A DNA stretch of 36,899 bases from a virus (Duplodnaviria; Caudoviricetes), in IMG/VR virus record IMGVR_UViG_3300035396_000833, positions 1 through 36,899 of that record; one strand, written 5' to 3'. The position numbers were made by a program, and so were the translations under genes. The number at the start of each line of letters is the position of its first letter. The stretch's first letter is position 1. The notes under the pieces are model-generated. The model was not told the origin of the DNA and did no database searches. It was given only the letters and a program-made list of their open reading frames with translations. Of this stretch, positions 1 to 7,609 are shown piece after piece.

Positions 1-141
1 GTGAGGTTAAAGACAACCCTTATTTCAAATTATAATTAACCCGTAGGGGCGTAATGCTTACGCCCGACAACACAAACCTCGATGACAACACAAACATCAT
101 CAACAACATAATTTTACCAGACAATAACCACCAGATTCAAC
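1..141. repeat. Terminal direct repeat, left copy (circular assembly overlap)
   Basis: Identical to 36759-36899; it starts inside the scaffold gene's 3' end. Confidence 0.95.
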
Positions 142-201
142 ATAACAATTCAATTCAATCTGAAAATATAAATCTATCGGGCGTATGCAATACGCCCCTA
201 C
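43..201. repeat. REPIN-like doublet: two inverted GTAG-type REPs (43-65 and 179-201) around a C/A-rich spacer
   Basis: GTAG-GGGCGTAA-TGC-TTACGCCC ... GGGCGTA-TGCAA-TACGCCC-CTAC. Confidence 0.85.
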
Positions 202-234
202 AAATTATAAATAATCTAAATTGGAGAAATGAAA

Positions 235-546
235 ATGGCTGAAAAAACTCTCTTGGTTGCAGAGCCCGGCTGGATTAGACAAGCAAGTGTTTGTTTGACC
301 TACACTGTGGATTCTGCTAACACTGCTGTTACTAACGGCAAAAAAACTATCACTTCCGGTTCGCTAGTGAAAATGTCTGGTGCTAAAATTGTTGCTGCCG
401 CTGTTGGTGATGCCTGTATCGGCTATCTGGTGCACGATGTTGATGTGACAGATGGCGACAAAGCTGTATCTGTTCTGGTTGACGGCGTGGTCGATACTAC
501 CGTCCTTGCTCCGACCGCTGCTATTGTTGGTATTAAAAGAATTTAA
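235..546 (+). CDS. Head decoration / capsid cement protein
   Basis: About 100 aa, beta-rich, G(Y)LxHDVDVTDGD motif; lies between scaffold and capsid genes; GGAG RBS. Confidence 0.7.
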   Translation: MAEKTLLVAEPGWIRQASVCLTYTVDSANTAVTNGKKTITSGSLVKMSGAKIVAAAVGDACIGYLVHDVDVTDGDKAVSVLVDGVVDTTVLAPTAAIVGIKRI

Positions 547-561
547 CGAAAGGTTTTGTAC

Positions 562-1608
562 ATGAAAAACATGATCAAAATTGTTGCCGCTTTGGTTGTA
601 GCCTTTTTTAACGCTACCAATGCTAAGCGATCTGCTCCAAGACTTTACAAAGTCTTATTTCCTGAAAAAAAACAACTGGGTTTAAAGCTTGAGTTTATGA
701 AAGGCCGTAATGGCTTGAATGTTAAGCTAACCGCACACGCCTTGGATTCTACCACTAAAAAGATTGCCGTTCCTGCTGTAAAGTCTATTGCTCATGATAT
801 GCCACTTTTTAAAAACGAAGTGCCTATTTCTGAAGAAAAAAGACAGCAATTATTGTCTCTTAATCCGCAGTTTGAGAGCATGATTGACAGCGTTGTTGGT
901 GAAGTTGTTGGCGATTTTGCCGCCTTGCCTGCTGGTGCTGAAGTTAACGCCGATGTGATGATGGGTCAGTTACTTTCTACCGGTACAGTGGTGATCTCTG
1001 AAAATGGTGTGGCTTTGACTTATACTTATGGCTTAGACGATGCTACTCAAAAAGAAGTGTTACTAACCACTGCTAAATGGTCTGCTCTTGCTACTGCTAC
1101 GCCTTTGGCTGATATCACCAGATGGAAAGAAGCTGTTGCTACTGCTACTGGTGAAGCTCCAAGCGTTGCCCTCTGTAGCCGTAAGACTTTCAACTATATC
1201 AAAGCCAACACTGCAATCAACGCCCAGCTTTTGGCTACTAAAAAATCTACCTCTGACAAATCTTTAAAAGAGCTGATTTTTGACGAAACCGGAATTGTAG
1301 TTGAAATCTATACTGAAAAATATGTTAACGCTGCCGGAAACTCAACAGCTATCTTCCCGGATGAAATTTTTACCTTATTGCCTGCCGGTAATGTTGGCTA
1401 TATGATGTATGGCACAACTCCTGAAGAGGCTGACCAGATGGGCGGAGACGGTAAAAGAGACATTGTTCAGTGTGGTGATTGTGGCGGTGTCAGTGTTTAT
1501 GTTAGAGATATTGACGATCCTGTCACTAAACTTTGCCGTGCGTCTGCAATCATGTTGCCGTCCGGTGAAAAATTGCACAAAATCTTTATTGCTACTGTTC
1601 ATAGCTAG
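562..1608 (+). CDS. Major capsid protein (lambda gpE-like family)
   Basis: 348 aa; KWS..ATPLADI..W, G...YGTTPEE and DPV motifs; position after the decoration gene. Confidence 0.88.
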   Translation: MKNMIKIVAALVVAFFNATNAKRSAPRLYKVLFPEKKQLGLKLEFMKGRNGLNVKLTAHALDSTTKKIAVPAVKSIAHDMPLFKNEVPISEEKRQQLLSLNPQFESMIDSVVGEVVGDFAALPAGAEVNADVMMGQLLSTGTVVISENGVALTYTYGLDDATQKEVLLTTAKWSALATATPLADITRWKEAVATATGEAPSVALCSRKTFNYIKANTAINAQLLATKKSTSDKSLKELIFDETGIVVEIYTEKYVNAAGNSTAIFPDEIFTLLPAGNVGYMMYGTTPEEADQMGGDGKRDIVQCGDCGGVSVYVRDIDDPVTKLCRASAIMLPSGEKLHKIFIATVHS

Positions 1609-1621
1609 GTATCGAATTATT

Positions 1622-1649
1622 GTACGGGCGAATGATTATTCGCCCCAAC
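1622..1649. repeat. Degenerate GTAG-type REP palindrome
   Basis: GTAC-GGGCGAAT-GATT-ATTCGCCC-CAAC, 13 nt after the capsid stop. Confidence 0.7.
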
Positions 1650-1676
1650 AGTTAAATAATAAATTGGAGAAATAAA

Positions 1677-1901
1677 ATGGCTAAGAAAAATGTTGATGGT
1701 ATTGAGCCAGTTGAACCCGTAATCACGCCGGTTGATGGTATTGAGCCAGTTGAAGATGTTAAAAATCCGACTGCTTTAAAAGTTCAATTAACCGTGGCTG
1801 TTCGCTGGATGGGTAAAAGTTATATTCCGGGTGATGTGGTTACGATTCCTTTTGAACAGGCTAAGGAGTTCGCACCTTATTCTGAAATCGTGGTGGAATA
1901 A
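1677..1901 (+). CDS. Small post-capsid virion/packaging accessory protein
   Basis: Strong RBS; 24-bp internal repeat encoding VDGIEPVE twice; C-terminal Y.PGDVV motif. Confidence 0.6.
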   Translation: MAKKNVDGIEPVEPVITPVDGIEPVEDVKNPTALKVQLTVAVRWMGKSYIPGDVVTIPFEQAKEFAPYSEIVVE

Positions 1902-1902
1902 A

Positions 1903-2295
1903 ATGAGTGCTTTAGAGCTTGCTAAATCTATGACTAAACTTGCCGTAAATGCTGTTATATCTCCTGCGCAATGGGAGCTTGCGGACACTATGGCAACGAC
2001 AGATTTAGCTGTGATGATTAAGCGGTTGGGTGTTGAAAATTATTCTTCAGACCCTCTTTGCGATCATGCTAAAGCGTTTTTGATTAAAAGGCAGCTATCT
2101 TTTTTGACTCTTGAATTTGTGCCAGATAGAACTATGAAAGGACGGAGTCATTATGATCAAAATGCTGATGGAGTTGATTATAATTCCGTCCAAAAATTTC
2201 GTGATGATCTGGAAAAAGAAGCTGAAAAAATTCTTGAAACCTTAAAACCGGTTTATTCAGATAGCGGATTTTTTAATATTAAGCCGAAGCGGTGA
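1903..2295 (+). CDS. Putative head-tail adaptor
   Basis: 130 aa, helical; synteny; start moved to ATG 1903. Confidence 0.5.
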   Translation: MSALELAKSMTKLAVNAVISPAQWELADTMATTDLAVMIKRLGVENYSSDPLCDHAKAFLIKRQLSFLTLEFVPDRTMKGRSHYDQNADGVDYNSVQKFRDDLEKEAEKILETLKPVYSDSGFFNIKPKR

Positions 2296-2337
2296 TTGGC
2301 ACGCAGAGACGCAGAGATCGCGGAGATTGTTTAACCC

Positions 2338-2360
2338 GTAGGGGCGTAATGCTTACGCCC
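2338..2360 (+). repeat. GTAG-type REP
   Basis: TTAACCCGTAGGGGCGTAATGCTTACGCCCG, identical to the copy at 36-66. Confidence 0.85.
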
Positions 2361-2398
2361 GTCCCAACGACATCTACGCCCGGATAAAGGAAACAATA

Positions 2399-2980
2399 AT
2401 GACAAATTACGATCAGCAAAATAAAGAGGTTATCGGGCGTGCTTTTGGGTACGCGGTTGATCTAGTTAAGCAGCGTTTGGGTGTTGCTGGTGAAGTGATG
2501 AAACAAGAGGCTGAAACGATTTTAAAAAATCGTAATGGTTATGCTAGTGGTGAGATTGTTAAAACGCTAAAATCCACGGTTAGGAAGACCAATACAAGCA
2601 TTGTTTTAGAATTTGGCTGTTATGCTAAGTCTGATACTGGTTATCCTTACGCCTCAGTGGTTGAATATGGCAGAAGGGCAGGACTAAGACCGCCGCCAAG
2701 TTCAGTTGTGGAGCGATGGCTCTATGATAAGGGGCGGACTGGGCATATTTATGTTCGTGACACTAAGTTTTCTAACTCTAAAACAGCTAAGGGTAATGAC
2801 CGTAAATCCACAAGTATCAAAAAACAACTTAAAGCATCAAGTGTGATGATCACTAATGATACTAAAGGACTTGCTTTTATTATCGCTAGGCGAATTGGTG
2901 AGCATGGTATTAAAGAAAAGCCGTTTATGCGTCCGGCTTTCGCTAAAGGTGTTGAATCGTTGAAAATTTGGTTTAAGTAA
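2399..2980 (+). CDS. HK97 gp10-like neck/tail-completion protein
   Basis: YASVVEYG and KPFMRPAF motifs. Confidence 0.8.
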   Translation: MTNYDQQNKEVIGRAFGYAVDLVKQRLGVAGEVMKQEAETILKNRNGYASGEIVKTLKSTVRKTNTSIVLEFGCYAKSDTGYPYASVVEYGRRAGLRPPPSSVVERWLYDKGRTGHIYVRDTKFSNSKTAKGNDRKSTSIKKQLKASSVMITNDTKGLAFIIARRIGEHGIKEKPFMRPAFAKGVESLKIWFK

Positions 2981-2993
2981 GGAGGTTTACTAA

Positions 2994-3404
2994 ATGGATG
3001 TAACAGAAGCTAGAGCTAAGATTGAAGCTGCGATAAAACGAGCTTGCCCTGGTATAACTTGTTTAAAAGGTCGCTGGGAAACTGCACCGGTTTATCCGTT
3101 CTGCGTTGTGCTTTACAAGGGCTTGAAATTTGAAGAGGATAATGACCAGCACTTTGGTGATCTCGACTTTGCCGTCGTGTTTATCAAAGATGTTGAGGTT
3201 ACTAATTACGACAATGGCGAGAGTTCTAAGGATTATGATTCTGCTGCTAGTTTTACCGGTAATCTGGCGGTTAAATTCGTCAACGCCCTAAAGACAAGCA
3301 GATTGGGTATTACTCTTGAACCAGACGCACCGGCTTTGCGTTATGATGATAACGGAATTGATCTTGCCGGAACAGAAATAAACTTTGTTATGCAATCTGA
3401 ATAA
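2994..3404 (+). CDS. Putative tail terminator
   Basis: 136 aa, acidic, YPFCVV; directly before the tail tube gene; AAGGAGG RBS. Confidence 0.6.
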   Translation: MDVTEARAKIEAAIKRACPGITCLKGRWETAPVYPFCVVLYKGLKFEEDNDQHFGDLDFAVVFIKDVEVTNYDNGESSKDYDSAASFTGNLAVKFVNALKTSRLGITLEPDAPALRYDDNGIDLAGTEINFVMQSE

Positions 3405-3461
3405 ACCCTCACCCCCTGCCCTCTCCCTATAAAAGGCGAGGGTGATACGGGAGGAAATGAT
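3403..3461. repeat. CCCTC-type REP-like element, copy 1
   Basis: AACCCTCACCCCCTGCCCTCTCCCTATAAAAGGCGAGGG...GGAAATGAT; homologous to 9836-9898. Confidence 0.7.
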
Positions 3462-3484
3462 AAAATTAAAATGGAGAAAATAAA

Positions 3485-4006
3485 ATGAGTGCAAGAGGCA
3501 AAAAACAATATTTCCAAGTCGGTATCGTGCCAACAAATGCTATTATTCCTGCAAGTTTTGCAGATACACGAGTGTTAAAAGATTTTTGTTCTAACTATGT
3601 TTTTGTAACAACTGGTGAGCTTAGATCAAATAACACGTGTTATGTTGCTGGATTAAAAAGCAAAGCAAAATACACAGCCAAACCAGAGGGCGAAGAAGAT
3701 AATTTAGGAGTCAAGGAATACAAGGGTGACTTATCTTTCACTATTGTAGGCGTTGATGATCCCGATGCTAGCGATGAGATTTCTAGGCATATTAGACACT
3801 TTACGCGTGGCATGTCCACTGTTTTTTTAATTGATCCTTTTACTGGTTATGTTCGCAGATGTAACGATATATTGTTACAACTAGAAGAGAGTGTTACAGG
3901 AAACGAAATTGAAGAGTTTAATGTAACTGGGACTCATAATGGCAGTTTAGAAGAAATCACTTCTGTTGCTGTTGTGCTTGTGTCTGGGCCTCCGCCGCAG
4001 ACTTAA
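3485..4006 (+). CDS. Putative tail tube (major tail) protein
   Basis: 173 aa, beta-rich; upstream of the frameshifted chaperone and tape measure; strong RBS. Confidence 0.6.
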   Translation: MSARGKKQYFQVGIVPTNAIIPASFADTRVLKDFCSNYVFVTTGELRSNNTCYVAGLKSKAKYTAKPEGEEDNLGVKEYKGDLSFTIVGVDDPDASDEISRHIRHFTRGMSTVFLIDPFTGYVRRCNDILLQLEESVTGNEIEEFNVTGTHNGSLEEITSVAVVLVSGPPPQT

Positions 4007-4096
4007 GCTGCCGTCAGTTGCACTGGCGGTTATTCATAGGAAACCCCCATTCGGGGTTAGAGCGGAAATGATAAAAATATTAAAACGGGATAATAA

Positions 4097-4330
4097 ATGA
4101 AAAAATTTACAATTGTAGAACCTGGTCTAAGAGCTACCATCAAACTTGTGGAGCTTAGAGAACAGATGCTAGAAATGACGAAAGAATCTGACAGACTTAA
4201 AAGCTTGCATAAACAGCTCGAGATTGTAACCGGTGGTGCTTACGATCCGAATGACGAAACCGTGGAGATTAACAGCTTGCAAGCCGGGGAGTTGATCAAC
4301 TCTTTTTTGTTAGGGCAGACACTGTCATAG
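4097..4330 (+). CDS. Tail assembly chaperone (gpG-like)
   Basis: Position; slippery T TTT TTG near its 3' end. Confidence 0.75.
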   Translation: MKKFTIVEPGLRATIKLVELREQMLEMTKESDRLKSLHKQLEIVTGGAYDPNDETVEINSLQAGELINSFLLGQTLS

Positions 4331-4509
4331 ATGATTATGATGATGGTGATGGTGAAGGTAATCCTTTGCCTTTGTTCAGATGGTTGATTAAGCTTAATTT
4401 AGCGTTGTCTAAACTAGGATTGAAGACAGGCGACATGAGCTTAAACGAAGCTCTGGCTTATTGTGAAGCGATCAAAGAAGATGATTGTAGCGAGGAAATC
4501 GAAGAGTAA
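4097..4509 (+). CDS. Tail assembly chaperone, -1 frameshift product (gpGT-like)
   Basis: TTTTTTG at 4303-4309; the -1 frame is open from 4309 to TAA 4507-4509 (VRADTVIDD...EEIEE). Confidence 0.75.
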
Positions 4510-4513
4510 AAAT

Positions 4514-4545
4514 AAAGGCGGTTAAGAAATTAAAACCGCCTTTTT
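4514..4545. terminator. Bidirectional intrinsic terminator
   Basis: AAAGGCGGTT...AACCGCCTTTTT between convergent genes. Confidence 0.75.
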
Positions 4546-4547
4546 GT

Positions 4548-4703
4548 TTAATCGTTATCGTAGATTTGGTGTGAGGGTACGACTCCGGTTTTGTTGGTGA
4601 AACCGCCACGGTTTGCCATCTTGCGGGCTAGATAAAAGATTAGTATCAGCGGTGTAAAGCAGACGGCTGTTATAATTAGAAATGTGATTATTGATAGTAT
4701 CAT
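4548..4703 (-). CDS. Small membrane protein, 51 aa (moron)
   Basis: Hand translation MILSIITFLIITAVCFTPLILIFYLARK...; GGAG RBS; below the ORF-track cutoff. Confidence 0.6.
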   Translation of the reverse strand: MILSIITFLIITAVCFTPLILIFYLARKMANRGGFTNKTGVVPSHQIYDND

Positions 4704-4716
4704 GATTGGGCTCCAG

Positions 4717-4878
4717 TTAGTTTCTGCCGATTAGCCAAAATAATAATAGTGCCAATATTCCTTTGTCTGTACTAGTTGCTTTTGGAACAGGATTTTTGGC
4801 AAAATGTTTGTTTAATTCACGATTCCAGAAAGGAATTGAAATTATGATAGCTAGGATTATTACAATAGTGACAAACAT
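4717..4878 (-). CDS. Small membrane protein, 53 aa (moron)
   Basis: Hand translation MFVTIVIILAIIISIPFWNR...ILALLLFWLIGRN; GAGGAG RBS. Confidence 0.6.
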   Translation of the reverse strand: MFVTIVIILAIIISIPFWNRELNKHFAKNPVPKATSTDKGILALLLFWLIGRN

Positions 4879-4937
4879 GGTTCGACTCCTCTGGTTGTTA
4901 TAAAAGAAATATACGATATTTAAAATGGAGATGACAA

Positions 4938-7607
4938 GTGGAAAATGTTTTAAAATTTAATGTTGATGTGAATACGGCAACGGGTATTGCATCTATAAAC
5001 GGCTTGAATGGTGCTGTTGGTAATGTTGGTACTACAGCGGTTAAAACCGGTAAGTCTCTAACCGAGGCTTTTAGCAATGATATGATTGCTTCAGTTAGTC
5101 ATTTAACTAATATTTATGGTAGTTTAAGCGGTGCTTTGTCTTCAGTAACTAGTACGGTTGGTGAATTTATTGCAGCATCTAATAAATCAGCTCTTGCCCT
5201 TGCTGGTCTTGGTGAAGTTTCCAAGGCTTATGGTCAGAGCGTTGATCAGGCGAATCAGTACGCTAAGGCGTTAACCAGTGATGGTTTGATGCAGTTAAGT
5301 TCTTCAGCACAATCTTTAAAATTTTTGATGAGTTCAGGCTTTAATATTTCCGAAGCCATGCAAATGGCAACTGCCATGAAAGATATTGGTGCTTTTAATA
5401 ATGTGGTTGGTAATTTAGATCAAGCCATGGTTGATGCTTCAAAAGGTATTAAAACCGGTTCGATAGAGCTTATTGAAAATATCGGACTTACTCAAAGATT
5501 ATCTGCCGTGATGAAAGCTGCTAATATTGATGCGAGCAACGGCATTGATATAACTAATAATGCTGCTCAAAGACAGGTTGTTTTTAATATGGTTATGGCG
5601 GAGGGTAACAAGTTTCAGGGCAATGCTGCCAGATTAGCCAAAGAGAGCATGGGTGCTTACGCACAGCTGGATAATTCTGTTACAGTTTTAAAATCTGGAA
5701 TTGGCGATGTTCTTAATGTTGGATTTGTTCCTTTAGCTAAAATTATAACTACGATTACAAGGGGTTTAACCAAAGATTTGATTCCCTTAACTATTGCAGT
5801 TGCAGGCGGATTGACTCTATACATGGTTCCAGCAATTATTACAACCACCACGGCGTTGTATGCGCAGGGCGTTGCTTTAAATGTTGCGACTGGCGGGATG
5901 TCTTCCCTTGCCATGTTTATGACAGCAGCGGTTGTTGGTGTAACAAGTTACGAAATGGCAACTAGAGATAGCACCACGGCACAGGATAAAAATACCGAAG
6001 CACTTAAAAAAGCTAAAGAAGAACAGGAAAAGTTAACAGCTGCCAGACAAGCTTATATTGATGGTGAAACCGATTTTGTTGACCGGGTTAAAGATGCTCA
6101 AAAACAAGTGATGGGTGAAGATGAAAAAAAGATTGCCGAAGCAAAAGCTTTTTGGGTTAAAACGATAAAGTTGAATGAAGAGGGTCAGCAGCGGATCAAT
6201 TACGAAACGATGAGCGTTACCAGAAAATATTCAAAAGAATTTTTGGAGGCAAAACAACAGGAGCGAGATGCTTTAAACAAGTTGGAAACCGATGCTGCCA
6301 ATAAATTATGGCAAATAATAGATGAAATAGATGCTAAAAAAGCCAAAGCCAATGCCGACAAAGCAAAAGACAGGGAGTTAGATGCTTTAAAGAAAGTCAA
6401 AACAAAACCAATGGAGTTATCTTTTAGGACAATCGAAACCAAACAGACGATTAACGAAGCACCGCCGGAATTGAAATTGCCGGAAACTTTCAACTCCAAA
6501 GAAGAATATCTACAGCATTTAAAAGAGATGCAGAAAGCCGGACAGGTATTTACCAAATCAGAGCAAGAGGTTTTTGATAACTCTTTTGAGTTTGTTTCAG
6601 CTCATGTTAATGATTCAGGTAAATTGATTGACGGTTATTATCGGAAACGAAAAACAGACGAATCTAAGTTTGCTAATGATATGAAATCAATCTCACTTTC
6701 CGCCCTATCCGGTATGCAGTCGGAAATTGACAACATCTTTAATTACAAGCGCAAGCGCTCAAACGAAGAATACGCTCTTGATAAAAAAGAGGCTGATTTA
6801 AATTATAAGCAGAGCATTAAGCGGATTGATGACGAACTTAAAGCCGAGAAAAAAGGGTCTGACAAGTACGAAAAACTAATGATCGAAAAGCAAAAACTAG
6901 ACGCTGATTTTTCCAAAGCCAACAAAGAGCGCAAAGGCCAGGAAGAGTTGGATAATATGAGTTCAGCGGATAGAGCCGCTGCTGTTGTTAAAGCTGGCAT
7001 GAAGTCCGCCATCTCCGCCGTGGCCGCTATGTCTGCCGCTAAAACTTTTGAAGGAGCGTTGACAGCTTTTCCGGGTCCACCTGGTTGGATTATTGCGCCA
7101 ATTGCAGCTGCCGGAGTTTATACAGCCGTTTCCGCTTTTGGTGGAATGTTTGCCGATGGTGGACAGGTTCAGAGCGGGATTTTAAAAGGCAATAGCCATA
7201 GTAGGGGTGGAATCTTGATTGAAGCTGAGGGTGGCGAGCATATCACTAAGAAAAGCCGCGTAAGCGAACTGGGTGTAGGCTTCTTTGATTTTATCAACAC
7301 AGCACCGTTAACCGAGGTTAAAAAGATGATTTCCGCTGTTAGTATTCCATCTTATCAATCCAAGGAGCGAATGGTTTATGCCGAGGGTGGGTTGGTTAAT
7401 CGTGGTTTTCCGGTTATAGTTTCCGGTGGTGGATTTAGTGAGGCTAAGCTGGATAAAATGATTGCGCTGTTGGAGTCTAATAATATGATAAATTATAAAA
7501 AACAACCTTCACAGGTTACAATCGTGCAGAAATTCATTGATCCAAAGATTGTGGCCAAGAGTGCCAATAAGGGTAATGAGACAATTGTTGCAAAACGGAG
7601 GATTTAA
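4938..7607 (+). CDS. Tail tape measure protein
   Basis: 889 aa, Ala/Gly-rich and coiled-coil with hydrophobic segments; C-terminal FADGG..G.SH..GG...EAEGGE motif; follows the chaperones. Confidence 0.92.
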   Translation: MENVLKFNVDVNTATGIASINGLNGAVGNVGTTAVKTGKSLTEAFSNDMIASVSHLTNIYGSLSGALSSVTSTVGEFIAASNKSALALAGLGEVSKAYGQSVDQANQYAKALTSDGLMQLSSSAQSLKFLMSSGFNISEAMQMATAMKDIGAFNNVVGNLDQAMVDASKGIKTGSIELIENIGLTQRLSAVMKAANIDASNGIDITNNAAQRQVVFNMVMAEGNKFQGNAARLAKESMGAYAQLDNSVTVLKSGIGDVLNVGFVPLAKIITTITRGLTKDLIPLTIAVAGGLTLYMVPAIITTTTALYAQGVALNVATGGMSSLAMFMTAAVVGVTSYEMATRDSTTAQDKNTEALKKAKEEQEKLTAARQAYIDGETDFVDRVKDAQKQVMGEDEKKIAEAKAFWVKTIKLNEEGQQRINYETMSVTRKYSKEFLEAKQQERDALNKLETDAANKLWQIIDEIDAKKAKANADKAKDRELDALKKVKTKPMELSFRTIETKQTINEAPPELKLPETFNSKEEYLQHLKEMQKAGQVFTKSEQEVFDNSFEFVSAHVNDSGKLIDGYYRKRKTDESKFANDMKSISLSALSGMQSEIDNIFNYKRKRSNEEYALDKKEADLNYKQSIKRIDDELKAEKKGSDKYEKLMIEKQKLDADFSKANKERKGQEELDNMSSADRAAAVVKAGMKSAISAVAAMSAAKTFEGALTAFPGPPGWIIAPIAAAGVYTAVSAFGGMFADGGQVQSGILKGNSHSRGGILIEAEGGEHITKKSRVSELGVGFFDFINTAPLTEVKKMISAVSIPSYQSKERMVYAEGGLVNRGFPVIVSGGGFSEAKLDKMIALLESNNMINYKKQPSQVTIVQKFIDPKIVAKSANKGNETIVAKRRI

Positions 7608-7609
7608 AC

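Noticed and set aside
54-242. 62-aa Asn-rich ORF
   Set aside because: It starts inside a REP and spans the low-complexity REPIN spacer; likely spurious.
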